A stretch of 64,000 nucleotides of DNA from a bacterium. Its GTDB lineage: Bacteria > 4484-113 > JAGGVC01. Shown here piece after piece: positions 46,690-56,673 of this stretch (positions within the stretch are counted from its first letter, which is position 1; the number at the start of each line of letters is the position of its first letter). The notes below the pieces were generated by a model, which saw only the letters and a program-made list of their open reading frames with translations, made no database searches and had not been told where the DNA came from. The DNA lies in NCBI GenBank assembly GCA_021158185.1, contig JAGGVC010000099.1, positions 1,016-65,015 of the forward strand, read 5' to 3'. Made by a program: the position numbers and the translations under genes.

Positions 46690-48660
46690 ATGAACGGCGG
46701 TTTTAACGCAGGCCGTAACTTGGTGCTTCGCTACGTGCCGATTGGCGTAGTGTTGCTTGTGATCCTCGCGTTTATCTTCGGGATGAACCAGATCACCCCA
46801 GCGCCAACATACACATCGAGAGCCACGGTCTTCATCGGCAGCAACACACCGTCGATCCAAATCCCGGAGCTTGCGCTGCTGGGCAGAACAGCAATCGAGG
46901 ATCAGCTTGCGGTTCTTGAGTCGGAAAGCATAAGGAGATATGCGACCGACAAGCTGCACCTCGTAGTCAAGCCCGTGCCTATGTGGGAGCCGAATCCCGC
47001 GTTCTACCAGATCAAACGCGTACTTGCGATACTCACGGGCGGAAGACGCCCCATAGACTATGCAAAACTCAGCTATCCTGCTGTGGATTACCTCGAATTC
47101 GCTTTCGAGAAGGCGGGAAAGAAGGATATTTGGATCCAAGTTGACGGGAAGGGATCGTATACGCTTTTCGTTGACGGGAAATCATTGGACACAAAGCCTG
47201 TGGGCGAGCGGCTCACCTTGGACGGCCTTTCGATTGCATTGTCCGGTTTCACATCGGGCGTCGAGCAGAAGTGGCAGCTCAAGATGACCGATCCCGAGCG
47301 CGCAACCAGGAGGCTTTTCGAAAACGTCACTGTTCTCCGATTGGGCGCTACGAGCAACACTATCGGCCTCCGGAGTGTGGACGCGCATCCCGAACTCGCG
47401 GCGCGGCTCGTATCCACGATGATGGAATTCTTTATGGAGCGCGACAAGGAGATAAGGCGCACAACAGCGAGCGATCAGCTCGAATATATCGAAAAGCAGA
47501 TTGAAACGACGAAGACGGAGCAGGAAGAACTGCTCTATGCCATTCGAGAAACATTGAGCGATACAGCCGGAAAGCTCGTCGGCAATTCGGCACAGGAGGT
47601 TCGGCGGCTATACCTTGAGCAGGAGAAGGAGCTTGCGTACCTGAGAAACAGCCGCACGATCCTGAAGAATCTTTACGAGCACGCGGTAGGCGACCAGTCT
47701 TTCATCGGTTATTTGACCGAGGGGCTGCCCGTTGAGATTGAAACCAACGTTCTCTCTTCGATAGTCGCTAAAGAGCGCGCGCTTGCGCAGGCGCGTGAAA
47801 CAAAGACCGAGAACCATCCCGATGTCATCAAGCTTCGAACCGACCTAGAAATGCAGCGGGAGCAGCTTAACTCGATGGTCGAGGACAACCTGAAGCTTCT
47901 CGATACCAGGATTTCGCAGAGCGATAAAAAGCTTGCGCGATATAGTAAACTTCTCGATGCATCGCCCGAAACAAGCACCGAACTTACGCGCCTACTCGGC
48001 GATGTAGAGATTCGCACAAAGAGCATCGGCGAGCTTTACGCACAGCGTCAGATTGCGAATCTCCATCTCATCTCGAACGATTCGCCGATCAAGGTGCTCG
48101 ATGCCGCAGTGCCGTACCGGATTCCAACGAGCCCGCGGCTGATCCTTGTTGCAGCGTCATCTTTCGTTGCAGCGCTTCTTCTCACGATCGCTCTGCTCTT
48201 CGCCTGGCAGGCCGTTGATCCAAGGCTTTACGTTCCAGCAGATATTGAAGCCCGATTCGGTGCACCCGTTCTCGCGGTCCTTTCAGAGAGCGGCGAACTT
48301 GAGGCGGACGAACAGGCCGTGCGTCTCGGTTTGAAGATCGAGCAAATCCTTGTGAGGAAGGACGGAAAGCTCGGAGTTTTCACCGCTGCCAGTATTGACA
48401 AAACCGAGATCGCAAAGAAGGCAATAGTCTCCGGTCTTAAGGCTGTCGGCAATTCAACACACGACGATTTTGATTCGAGGTTCATTGCGATTCCCGGAAG
48501 CGGAACAAAAGCGCTTTACTCGCCTGAACTCAAGGACGCCGCTGGCGTGGTTCTAGTTGTCACGCCAGGCAGGCGCAGGCTGAGCGAAGTTTCGGGGGTC
48601 GTTTCGGAAATCGAAGCGTTAGGCTATTCGCTTGTCGGCTGGATTTACATTGGGCGCTGA
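46690..48660 (+). CDS. Polysaccharide co-polymerase (Wzz/GumC/Wzc-like chain-length determinant) with a degenerate kinase-like C-terminal domain
   Basis: Two transmembrane segments (residues about 20-45 and about 480-505) flank a long coiled-coil periplasmic domain, which is the standard polysaccharide co-polymerase layout. The C-terminal cytoplasmic domain has a bacterial tyrosine-kinase-like layout. The Walker-A position reads VFTAASIDKTEIAKK in place of GxxGxGKS/T. There is no Tyr-rich tail. Confidence 0.6.
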   Translation: MNGGFNAGRNLVLRYVPIGVVLLVILAFIFGMNQITPAPTYTSRATVFIGSNTPSIQIPELALLGRTAIEDQLAVLESESIRRYATDKLHLVVKPVPMWEPNPAFYQIKRVLAILTGGRRPIDYAKLSYPAVDYLEFAFEKAGKKDIWIQVDGKGSYTLFVDGKSLDTKPVGERLTLDGLSIALSGFTSGVEQKWQLKMTDPERATRRLFENVTVLRLGATSNTIGLRSVDAHPELAARLVSTMMEFFMERDKEIRRTTASDQLEYIEKQIETTKTEQEELLYAIRETLSDTAGKLVGNSAQEVRRLYLEQEKELAYLRNSRTILKNLYEHAVGDQSFIGYLTEGLPVEIETNVLSSIVAKERALAQARETKTENHPDVIKLRTDLEMQREQLNSMVEDNLKLLDTRISQSDKKLARYSKLLDASPETSTELTRLLGDVEIRTKSIGELYAQRQIANLHLISNDSPIKVLDAAVPYRIPTSPRLILVAASSFVAALLLTIALLFAWQAVDPRLYVPADIEARFGAPVLAVLSESGELEADEQAVRLGLKIEQILVRKDGKLGVFTAASIDKTEIAKKAIVSGLKAVGNSTHDDFDSRFIAIPGSGTKALYSPELKDAAGVVLVVTPGRRRLSEVSGVVSEIEALGYSLVGWIYIGR

Positions 48661-49844
48661 TCGGCGATATTCGCAAGCGCGTCCATAATCCCCCTTGCAC
48701 GAATTCGCCAGTCGTTCCTGCGCGCTTCAGAGAGAAGAGCTTCACGGTCGAATTCGCCATTGAGCGCGCGTCCGAGATTCGCGATGAATTCATCGTGTGA
48801 TTTGGACGCGAGGCAGGTGCTGTACTTGCGGCATTCGGGAAGATCGGTCGAGATCACCGGCACTCCCGCCGCGAAATACTCGAATAACTTCACAGGCGAA
48901 ACACTGAGCGTGACTTCCGAGAGAATAAACGGAATCAGCCCTGCACTGTAATGAGCCGTGTATGATGGGAGCTCGCTGTAGTTCCTTACGCCGAGAAAAT
49001 GCACGTTCGAACGCCGCGTGAGATTCGCCACCTCGTCATCCACTTTCGCCCCGTACGTTTTTCCCACGATAACGAAGTTGGTCTCGGAGTAAGTTTTCGC
49101 AATTTTGTGCATCAGTTCAAAATCGAACCATTCTGCGATTGTTCCGTTGTACCCGACGACTTGTTTGCCTAGAAGCGGCATTAAATCCTCTGCTGGCTCG
49201 ATCTGATCCGCCGTCTTGAAATGTGATGCGTCAACTCCGTTCGGGATGAGGACGGCTGGATTCCGCGATTTCTCGACGTGTACTTTGAGTTTATCCGCGG
49301 AATAAGCGATGAGCGTTGCATTCTGTACGAGCCGATCATGCGCGTCGATGTAGCCCGGAATATGAGCGTGAAGCGCGATGTCGTCAATGTAGTCGTAAAT
49401 CAACTTGAACCGCTTCGGCAGAGGAAACACGAGATATGAGAGATAGGCTGTCGAGATGTAGAAAATCGCCTCAGGCAAATCAATCCAGGTTCCAAGCGCG
49501 CGCGCGATGTAAAGCCCCGGCTCGATCTCCTTGAAGGTGCTTACAGCGTCGTTCTGATTCGTAGATGTGTAAATGACGAGATATCCTTGCCCCGCCCACG
49601 CCTTTGCAAGGCTGTGATACCTCTGGTGAAGCGGGCTGTCCCATCTGTCGCCGCTTATGATAATGATCGGCCCTTTTCGATCTGGATTGCTGCTTATTAT
49701 TTCCGGAAGTGCCTTTGTGCTTGTTATCGCCTGGCATCTGCGGATGAACCGTCTCGGAAGCAAGCATTTCATCTGGTCCCAGAGCCGGGCTTTGCTTTTC
49801 ATAACCATATTTCCCCTATGTCTGTGTTGCAGGTGCGCTTCCAA
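48645..49844 (-). CDS. Glycosyltransferase family 4
   Basis: The EX7E motif is KLFEYFAAGVPVISTDL. The protein is GT-B type. The real start is probably an internal Met (MVMKSK...). Confidence 0.65.
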   Translation of the reverse strand: MEAHLQHRHRGNMVMKSKARLWDQMKCLLPRRFIRRCQAITSTKALPEIISSNPDRKGPIIIISGDRWDSPLHQRYHSLAKAWAGQGYLVIYTSTNQNDAVSTFKEIEPGLYIARALGTWIDLPEAIFYISTAYLSYLVFPLPKRFKLIYDYIDDIALHAHIPGYIDAHDRLVQNATLIAYSADKLKVHVEKSRNPAVLIPNGVDASHFKTADQIEPAEDLMPLLGKQVVGYNGTIAEWFDFELMHKIAKTYSETNFVIVGKTYGAKVDDEVANLTRRSNVHFLGVRNYSELPSYTAHYSAGLIPFILSEVTLSVSPVKLFEYFAAGVPVISTDLPECRKYSTCLASKSHDEFIANLGRALNGEFDREALLSEARRNDWRIRARGIMDALANIADQRPM

Positions 49845-51258
49845 TTTCCGAGTCCGGCTTGGCAGCGTCTATAGCCATTGCGTTTCCTGCAAGAATGAAC
49901 GACCAGTAGATAAGCGCCATATTCCATTCGAGCATCCAGTAAACGAGCGCGGCAACGATAAGAAATCCTGCCTCGAAATAACGCCGCTCCTTGAGAAGTC
50001 TGCGGGCTGCGAAAATGATAAGGCCGACGACCGCGAAGAGCGCCAAAAGCCCTCCAGATGCGAGCGTGTTGATGTAGCCGTTGTCGATAGTGAAATATGC
50101 CCTTTCGCTCCACGCCCAAGCCGGAGCGGAGTTCGGAATGGCTTTATTGTGCATCTGGTATTCGACGCTGATTCCCGTCAGCCATCCGCGCTGGCTGTGG
50201 ATATCTTCGAGAACCCGTTCCCAGAGCACGATTCTTGAATGCTCGCTTTTTCCTGCGAGGTTAGTAATGTCCAGAATGTCAATCTGATATTGGCTTTTAA
50301 GCATATTGGCGAAAAACACGCCGGATATGCCAAGGGCAAGAATCATTGCAGCAAGTGTGATTCTCAGTTTCGTTCTTTCGCGCAAGCTAGCCTGCGATGC
50401 TGCGCGCGTGCGCTTGTACCAAATGGAGAATAGGAACGTGTACATGGCGAGCATCGTAAGCAGGTTGCCGCGATCAAGAAGAAAAAAGGTAATAATCAGG
50501 CTTATTCCAGCGAGAATGCCGCAAAGCGCCTTTAATCCGCGGGGAGCGCTAAGGGTTAAGGCGCGGTTAAGACAGACGTAGCCTGCCAATATATGGAAGA
50601 GTCCGAAGTTGAAGTACGAAATTATCAAGCCGGTGGGGACGAGCAGCGGGCGGGTGATTTCTTTGCTTATGTACAAAAGGATACCTTGCCCTTTGAATAC
50701 TTCTGTTGCGAGCATCATCGCGCTTCTGTATTCTTCGAGGAAGAAAAGCCCGATTACAAGTGTCACGATTCCGTTAACAATCGCGATAGTGATAATCGTG
50801 TTGTCAAATACACGCCTGCTGAATCCGGCCGAGATTCCTGCCCCTGCGAAGAAGTAAAGGTAAATAAACGGAAGCGCGGTAACAATGCCGCCTCGAACGA
50901 GCACGTTTGTAATGAGCGCAGCACCGAGAACGATTCCGAAAATTGCGAGCCATCTGCTCCCGGGTATCAGGAGACGTTTTCGCCAGTCGGTATCCATCAG
51001 CATCCTGCCAGCCCCTAGAACTATGAGAAGAAGGAGCAGCGACGATGGATTGGGCAGGTTAGGCATACTTCTACCGGCGAAGTACGGAAGAACAACGGGC
51101 AGGAAGACTCTGAAGAGATAATCATGAATGAAAAGCACGAGGAACAGAGCGAAAACAGTATCGCGCACCAATACCCACAGCCGGGCATACGGCCAAGCGC
51201 GCCGACTTGCAATTGATGTTCGGGCAACTGCCACGGGATGAATTCTATCATTTTGCAA
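49816..51258 (-). CDS. Wzy-type polymerase / O-antigen-ligase-family membrane protein
   Basis: About 10-12 transmembrane segments with a periplasmic loop in the C-terminal half. It is located among the GT4 and Wzx genes. Confidence 0.5.
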   Translation of the reverse strand: MQNDRIHPVAVARTSIASRRAWPYARLWVLVRDTVFALFLVLFIHDYLFRVFLPVVLPYFAGRSMPNLPNPSSLLLLLIVLGAGRMLMDTDWRKRLLIPGSRWLAIFGIVLGAALITNVLVRGGIVTALPFIYLYFFAGAGISAGFSRRVFDNTIITIAIVNGIVTLVIGLFFLEEYRSAMMLATEVFKGQGILLYISKEITRPLLVPTGLIISYFNFGLFHILAGYVCLNRALTLSAPRGLKALCGILAGISLIITFFLLDRGNLLTMLAMYTFLFSIWYKRTRAASQASLRERTKLRITLAAMILALGISGVFFANMLKSQYQIDILDITNLAGKSEHSRIVLWERVLEDIHSQRGWLTGISVEYQMHNKAIPNSAPAWAWSERAYFTIDNGYINTLASGGLLALFAVVGLIIFAARRLLKERRYFEAGFLIVAALVYWMLEWNMALIYWSFILAGNAMAIDAAKPDSEIGSAPATQT

Positions 51259-51296
51259 TCCGCAAACCTGCTTGGATTCCGGAAGTATGCGCTATA

Positions 51297-52547
51297 TCAA
51301 GAGCCTTTGCCCGATTCATCGCCGAGAAGATGCATATACTCTCGAAATATGGCTTCCCAGATGTCTTCCGGGCGGAAGTTCTCGACAACCCACGCACGCC
51401 CGGTCTTACCGTGTTTTTCCCGTAAGTCTTGATCGTTGAGATAGGTTTTGAGATCTGAGGTCAAGGCTTCAGTATCATTGACGGGCACGAGGATTCCATT
51501 CTTGCTGTCCATTACAGAATCAACGCATCCGGGAATTTCGGTCGCGACAACCGGTATTTCCATCGCCGAGGCTTCAATTGCAACTACGCCGAAGCCCTCA
51601 CGATGACTTGGAAACGCAAGTACATCAAACGCTGCGTAAACAGGCGGAAGCTCTTCTTTATGCAAATAATCAAGCGAATGCACACGCGGGTCGTCTTCGA
51701 GCATTTTCCTTGTTTCCTGCGGCACGGGGTCTTTCGATTCAAACGGCCCGACCAGGATCATATGCAGATCGGGCATTTCCTCCCGCAGTATCGTCCATGC
51801 ACCCGCAAGCTCGCAGATTCCTTTGTCACGCACTATGCGCCCGACGAACCCGATGACGCGTCCATCCTTCGGAATGCCGTGCTTCGCCCTGATCTTCTCC
51901 CTTTCCCCTCGCAGTTTCTCTGGGTTGAACAGATTTACAGAATCTACGCCGTTGCCGCTTCCACCGAAATACACCCGCGTTTTGGATTTCGCGCAGAGTC
52001 CTGCATTCACGAGAACGTTACGTATCGAACGGCTTACGCAGATTACTCTGTGAGCGAAAAGGCAGGATAATCTCTCGGAATTGATGAGTGTCAGCCGTTT
52101 TATCCCTGATGCAGTCATATATGGCAGCCCCCGCAGATGGTACACGCGTGCCGGAACGCCGGCCATAAGCGCAGCGAGCATTCCCAAAAGCCCGCCCTTG
52201 GGCGAATGGGCGTGGACTACCGAAGCGCGCTCCTTCTTTAGAATCCGCCAGATTTTGAATAGCGAAACGAGATCGCTCAGTGGCGTGATCTTTCTAGGCA
52301 TGTGAACGCCGTGAGCTTGCACGCCTTCCATAGCTTCAAACCGGTCGAGAAGCGGCCCGGGCGACGATATGACGTGCACCTCGAAACCACGTGCCTTCAT
52401 ATATCCAGGTTGGCCCGCAATGAAGGCGCTCAGGGACTCCGGAACCGTCGTTATATGAAAGAGAACCTTGCGTTTGACCTGCGTAGAATTTGCTGCGGAT
52501 CGGGTGCCGTGTTCATCGCCATTTTCAGGTTTGCCTTTATTTTCCAT
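51297..52547 (-). CDS. Glycosyltransferase family 4
   Basis: The EX7E region is SHREGFGVVAIEASAMEIPVVATEIPG. Confidence 0.7.
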   Translation of the reverse strand: MENKGKPENGDEHGTRSAANSTQVKRKVLFHITTVPESLSAFIAGQPGYMKARGFEVHVISSPGPLLDRFEAMEGVQAHGVHMPRKITPLSDLVSLFKIWRILKKERASVVHAHSPKGGLLGMLAALMAGVPARVYHLRGLPYMTASGIKRLTLINSERLSCLFAHRVICVSRSIRNVLVNAGLCAKSKTRVYFGGSGNGVDSVNLFNPEKLRGEREKIRAKHGIPKDGRVIGFVGRIVRDKGICELAGAWTILREEMPDLHMILVGPFESKDPVPQETRKMLEDDPRVHSLDYLHKEELPPVYAAFDVLAFPSHREGFGVVAIEASAMEIPVVATEIPGCVDSVMDSKNGILVPVNDTEALTSDLKTYLNDQDLREKHGKTGRAWVVENFRPEDIWEAIFREYMHLLGDESGKGS

Positions 52548-53766
52548 TCGCCTTGCGTAATCCTGTTTCTTCGGTGATGATGCGGATTTGCCTGTAGAAC
52601 TTGCTTCGTCTTTCGTTCAACAGCTCCGATCGATAATCCCGCGAGACGTTGAGATTGCGAGTAGACATCGCGGACATTCTAGCCTGATCTGCAAGCACTT
52701 CCTCGATTTTGTTCGAAAGAGCGAGAGCATCGCCAGGCCTTACCATATTATCCGATTCCAGAAGCTCGGGGATACCGCCGGCAGTTGTGCCGATACAGGG
52801 AAGCGCGCGCGCCATCGCTTCGATCATCGCACGCGGAAGCCCCTCCGTACGTGATGGAAGGATGAAGAGATCAGCCTTATCCATTTCCGCTCGCACCGGA
52901 TCGCCAGACGGGATCAGTCCGCGGAAAACAACTTGATTTTCAACGCCGATCCGTCTGCATCTCGCTTCAAGCTCAGCTCGGTGCTTGCCGTCACCTAGAA
53001 TCGTCAGCTCAATTTCGATTCCTTTTGCTTCGAGGATTGCTATTGCATCGATCAGCACATCCAGCCCTTTGTACATCTGCTCAAGCGAGCCTGCAAAAAG
53101 CAGACGCAAGGGCATTGATTTAACGCTTTCCGAATCTGTCCAGTTTCTCGGCTCATCTTTGAAAGCCTGGGGAGTAAGCTCTACCGAAGAAATGTCGGTT
53201 GTGAATCCTCTGCACGGATAGCGCTTCTGAAGAATGCTCTGCGTTACATACGAAGCCGCGATCGCGTTTTTGCACTGCCGCTTTTGATCGATGTAAAACA
53301 ACTGACGAAAGAATGCGCGCAGCGGATGCCTTACCGCACCGGGCGCATACACGTCGTATGGATCCCCTACTACCTCAACCGCATACGTATGACGGTTGCG
53401 CAAGAGCTTCGGAGTAATTAGCCTTGCAAGGTTCGAGGGAACCCGCAGGATCACGGCATCGCCTGGTTTAACCGCCCGATTCACCGCAGCGTGGACTGCG
53501 TTTGCCTTGAGAGCAAAGCCAAGCGGGCCGTGGTAGTAAGGCACAGCGGCAAATTCGACCGACTGTCCGGTCGCGGCTGAATAGCCCGAAGGTGGCTCGT
53601 CCACATCTTTTGCGCGAGCGATAACGCGTACGCGGTCGAATGCTGCAAGATACCTTGAGAAGAAGCTATGGTTGAATGCCGCGCCGGTCCATGCATGTCC
53701 GTCGGGAGTTCTGACGAAGCGGTGCTCCATAACAACACATACAGTCATAGAATCAGGCATAGCCAA
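52537..53766 (-). CDS. Glycosyltransferase family 4
   Basis: The EX7E region is SRTEGLPRAMIEAMARALPCIGTTAGGIPEL. Confidence 0.7.
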   Translation of the reverse strand: MAMPDSMTVCVVMEHRFVRTPDGHAWTGAAFNHSFFSRYLAAFDRVRVIARAKDVDEPPSGYSAATGQSVEFAAVPYYHGPLGFALKANAVHAAVNRAVKPGDAVILRVPSNLARLITPKLLRNRHTYAVEVVGDPYDVYAPGAVRHPLRAFFRQLFYIDQKRQCKNAIAASYVTQSILQKRYPCRGFTTDISSVELTPQAFKDEPRNWTDSESVKSMPLRLLFAGSLEQMYKGLDVLIDAIAILEAKGIEIELTILGDGKHRAELEARCRRIGVENQVVFRGLIPSGDPVRAEMDKADLFILPSRTEGLPRAMIEAMARALPCIGTTAGGIPELLESDNMVRPGDALALSNKIEEVLADQARMSAMSTRNLNVSRDYRSELLNERRSKFYRQIRIITEETGLRKANGK

Positions 53767-53904
53767 CAGTTCTTTCGGAACAACAAGGAGTTCAATCAGG
53801 CAAAATTATATCACCGCGCAGGATAGCGATATCACTTTGGAAGGGTATGCGGTGTCTGCAACGGTTAAGCCTTGATCGTTGTTTGCTGTGATAGAATCTG
53901 AACC

Positions 53905-55437
53905 TTGAAACAGACTGAGGAAAATCATCAAGGCAGCGCAGCGACCGCTCCCACCCAGACTTCGAGGTTTTTAGGCGGTGCGGGATGGCTTTTGATCGGC
54001 AATGTTGCATCCCGCTTTTCGCATCTCGTCGCATCGGTCGTAATCGCCCGGTTGCTGGGCAAAGTCGGTTTCGGCGAACTCGGGATAATTATGAGTACGG
54101 TTGTGACTGCCGGGATGTTCGCCGGGCTCGGAATCGGTTCAACAGCAACCAAGTATGTCGCGGAATACTGGAGCGATCGCCCGCAGAAGGCAGGTCGGAT
54201 CGTTGGTCTGTCGGTTGCCGTGTGCCTTGTATCGAGCCTTTTGATGGCTCTACTTCTCTTGATTTTTGCCGATGTTCTCGCAGCAAATATGCTCAACGCA
54301 CCGCGCCTGGCTGGCGTGATCAGGCTCAGCAGTCTGCTTCTCATTTGCAGCGCGATGAGCGGCCCTGTGATCGGAGCATTGCAGGGTCTTGAGGGATTCA
54401 AGTGCGTCACGCGTGCGACCGTAATCGCAGGCATTTTGCATCTGCCCATCGCACTTGTACTCGTGTGGTTTTTCGGACTTTCGGGGGCAATCATCACGAA
54501 TACTGTTTCCGCCGGCGTAATCTGGTTGCTTGCTGCGAAGTACCTTAAGATCGAGATGGCAAAGAGGGATCTCGCAATAACATTCAAGAATCTGGGGAAA
54601 GAGCTTTCGGTACTGTGGAGATTCTCTGTGCCGGCGTTTCTGAGCGGCATCATGGTTTCGCCTGTGCTGTGGATTGCAAACACGATCATCGCCCATCAGG
54701 AAAACGGATACAGTGAACTCGGACTGATCAATGCCGCAAACCAATGGCGCTCGATGCTTATCCTGCTACCCCAGGTTTTCGCGATAACGGCCCTTCCAAT
54801 TCTTTCGATGGCGCAGGCCACTGATGATGGCAGGGACGACTTTCAGAACGGCATTGACCTGATGCAAAGGCTTACAACGTTTCTCGTCATCCCTCTGTTC
54901 GTATTTATCTTTTTTCTCTCGGAGTGGATAATGCGGCTTTATGGTGAGGATTTTGCAGGCGGCGCCATGGTTCTCGGCGTCATCGCGCTCGGAGTGTGTT
55001 TTCAGATCCTCGGCGGAACTATTGTGGGCACGGCGATCGCAGCACGCGGCCGGATGTGGCTCGGTTTCCTGATAAACCTCATATGGGGTGTGATTCTGAT
55101 CTCCATCGTATATGCCCTGGCATCGGCGGGATACGGCGCGCAGGGTTACGCGATCGGATATTCGATTGCTTATGCGGTGCTCCTCGTAATCGGATACTGG
55201 CTGATGCGAAAGGAGATTCTGAGGAAAACGATCACGCGTGTTGTGTATACGGTAATGCTGCTTGTGGTGCTCGGCGGAATCGGCGCTGTTCTTCCGTCTG
55301 TATGGCGGGCGATAGTTGCACTTCCACTGTGTGCCGCAGGTGCATTCATCGGATTAAGACTGATTGGTTTCAAGTCCGTAAAGGAAATTTATCCCCGCAT
55401 CATCAAGGCGCTCAGGCCCGAAAGCCGGGCTTCATAG
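53905..55437 (+). CDS. Wzx-type oligosaccharide flippase (MOP superfamily)
   Basis: 510 aa with about 14 transmembrane segments. It has a polysaccharide-biosynthesis-protein N-terminus (LLIGNVASRFSHLVASVVIARLLG). Confidence 0.7.
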   Translation: MKQTEENHQGSAATAPTQTSRFLGGAGWLLIGNVASRFSHLVASVVIARLLGKVGFGELGIIMSTVVTAGMFAGLGIGSTATKYVAEYWSDRPQKAGRIVGLSVAVCLVSSLLMALLLLIFADVLAANMLNAPRLAGVIRLSSLLLICSAMSGPVIGALQGLEGFKCVTRATVIAGILHLPIALVLVWFFGLSGAIITNTVSAGVIWLLAAKYLKIEMAKRDLAITFKNLGKELSVLWRFSVPAFLSGIMVSPVLWIANTIIAHQENGYSELGLINAANQWRSMLILLPQVFAITALPILSMAQATDDGRDDFQNGIDLMQRLTTFLVIPLFVFIFFLSEWIMRLYGEDFAGGAMVLGVIALGVCFQILGGTIVGTAIAARGRMWLGFLINLIWGVILISIVYALASAGYGAQGYAIGYSIAYAVLLVIGYWLMRKEILRKTITRVVYTVMLLVVLGGIGAVLPSVWRAIVALPLCAAGAFIGLRLIGFKSVKEIYPRIIKALRPESRAS

Positions 55438-55452
55438 GGAGTTTTTATCGAA

Positions 55453-56661
55453 TCAGGCTCGGCTTTTTCTCGACCGCTCCGCCGCGGCTCGTTCGATCAG
55501 CAGTGAATACTGCTTGACGCACTTGCCTAAGCTATAGTTCTCGCGCACGAACTTGCTAATCTTTGAGCCTGCGGAAGCCCGTTCGTCCTCGGAGAGCGAA
55601 ACGATTTTCCTTATTCCATCAGCAAGCGCTTCGGGTGAATCCGGCTCTACGATGATGCCCACTCCAGAATCGTCTGTGATTTCAGGCACGGCGCCGACGC
55701 TCGTCGCAAGAAACATCCGCCCCGCGCTTCCAGCTTCCAGAAGCGCCAGAGGCAGCGATTCCGTCCGGCTCGGAAGGACTACGCAGTCCGCCGCAGCGTA
55801 CCATTCCTCAGGCTTGTCCGTTGAAAGAAGAATGCGCACGTGACCCTTTATCGGCTCGACGGTTTCTGCAATTTTCGCATCGAGTTCCTTATCCTGCACC
55901 ATTCCCGTGTTTACCCAGAGCAGCTTCTTTTCGTGAAGGAAATCGCTTCCGAGCAAAAGAAGCGCTTCCGCAAGAATATCCTGGCCTTTCAGCTTGTGAA
56001 TTCTGCCCGGCGTGTATAAGAGGAATGCATCGTTCGGGACGTCTAGGCAGTCACGGTTATCTATCCTATTCTTGTATGGTACAAACCGGAATCTTTTTTC
56101 GTCTATCCCGTTGGGAATAACAGCGAAACGCTCCTTCGGAAGCCTGTACTTTCCGTAGAGCGAAACAGCCGATGCTTCACTCGGAACGACGAGGAAGCTA
56201 GCGCGCCCGGCAAGCAATCCTTCGGTAATTGCAAGCATCGGCTCTGGAAGGCCGACGTGATGCACAGAGATGATGCAGGCGAGCTTTGGGAGTGTGAGCG
56301 CGGTCAGCAGAAGATGAAAGTTGAGTCCGGGGAGTACGCTCAATGCAACGTCAATATTCTCGCTTGCGAGCATTGAGCGGAGCGAGCGCCAGAAACTGGG
56401 ATCGAAGCGACCGCGCTTTGGCAGCCTGTGGACTTTAATACCTGCATTCGTAAGGTTCTTTCCGGCCTTTCCGGGATCGTCCTTTACGGCGATTTGAGGA
56501 TCGATGCGCGATCTGTCGAACGAATAGCAAAGGTTGAGTGCAAGTTGTTCCGCGCCACCGACACCGCGGCCTGCACCTGGATTGATATTGTTCAGAATCA
56601 GCAGCGTCCGCACAGTTTTGTCCCTGTTTGATCCGGTGCCGCTGTGGATGGTGTCAGGCAT
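55453..56661 (-). CDS. Glycosyltransferase family 4
   Basis: The EX7E region is SRTESLPLALLEAGSAGRMFLATSVGAVPEI. Confidence 0.7.
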   Translation of the reverse strand: MPDTIHSGTGSNRDKTVRTLLILNNINPGAGRGVGGAEQLALNLCYSFDRSRIDPQIAVKDDPGKAGKNLTNAGIKVHRLPKRGRFDPSFWRSLRSMLASENIDVALSVLPGLNFHLLLTALTLPKLACIISVHHVGLPEPMLAITEGLLAGRASFLVVPSEASAVSLYGKYRLPKERFAVIPNGIDEKRFRFVPYKNRIDNRDCLDVPNDAFLLYTPGRIHKLKGQDILAEALLLLGSDFLHEKKLLWVNTGMVQDKELDAKIAETVEPIKGHVRILLSTDKPEEWYAAADCVVLPSRTESLPLALLEAGSAGRMFLATSVGAVPEITDDSGVGIIVEPDSPEALADGIRKIVSLSEDERASAGSKISKFVRENYSLGKCVKQYSLLIERAAAERSRKSRA

Positions 56662-56673
56662 GACTTACTGAAA

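Noticed and set aside
53928-54744. 253-aa and 164-aa minus-strand ORFs inside the Wzx flippase gene
   Set aside because: They are shadow ORFs. The plus-strand frame gives a coherent 14-transmembrane MOP flippase.
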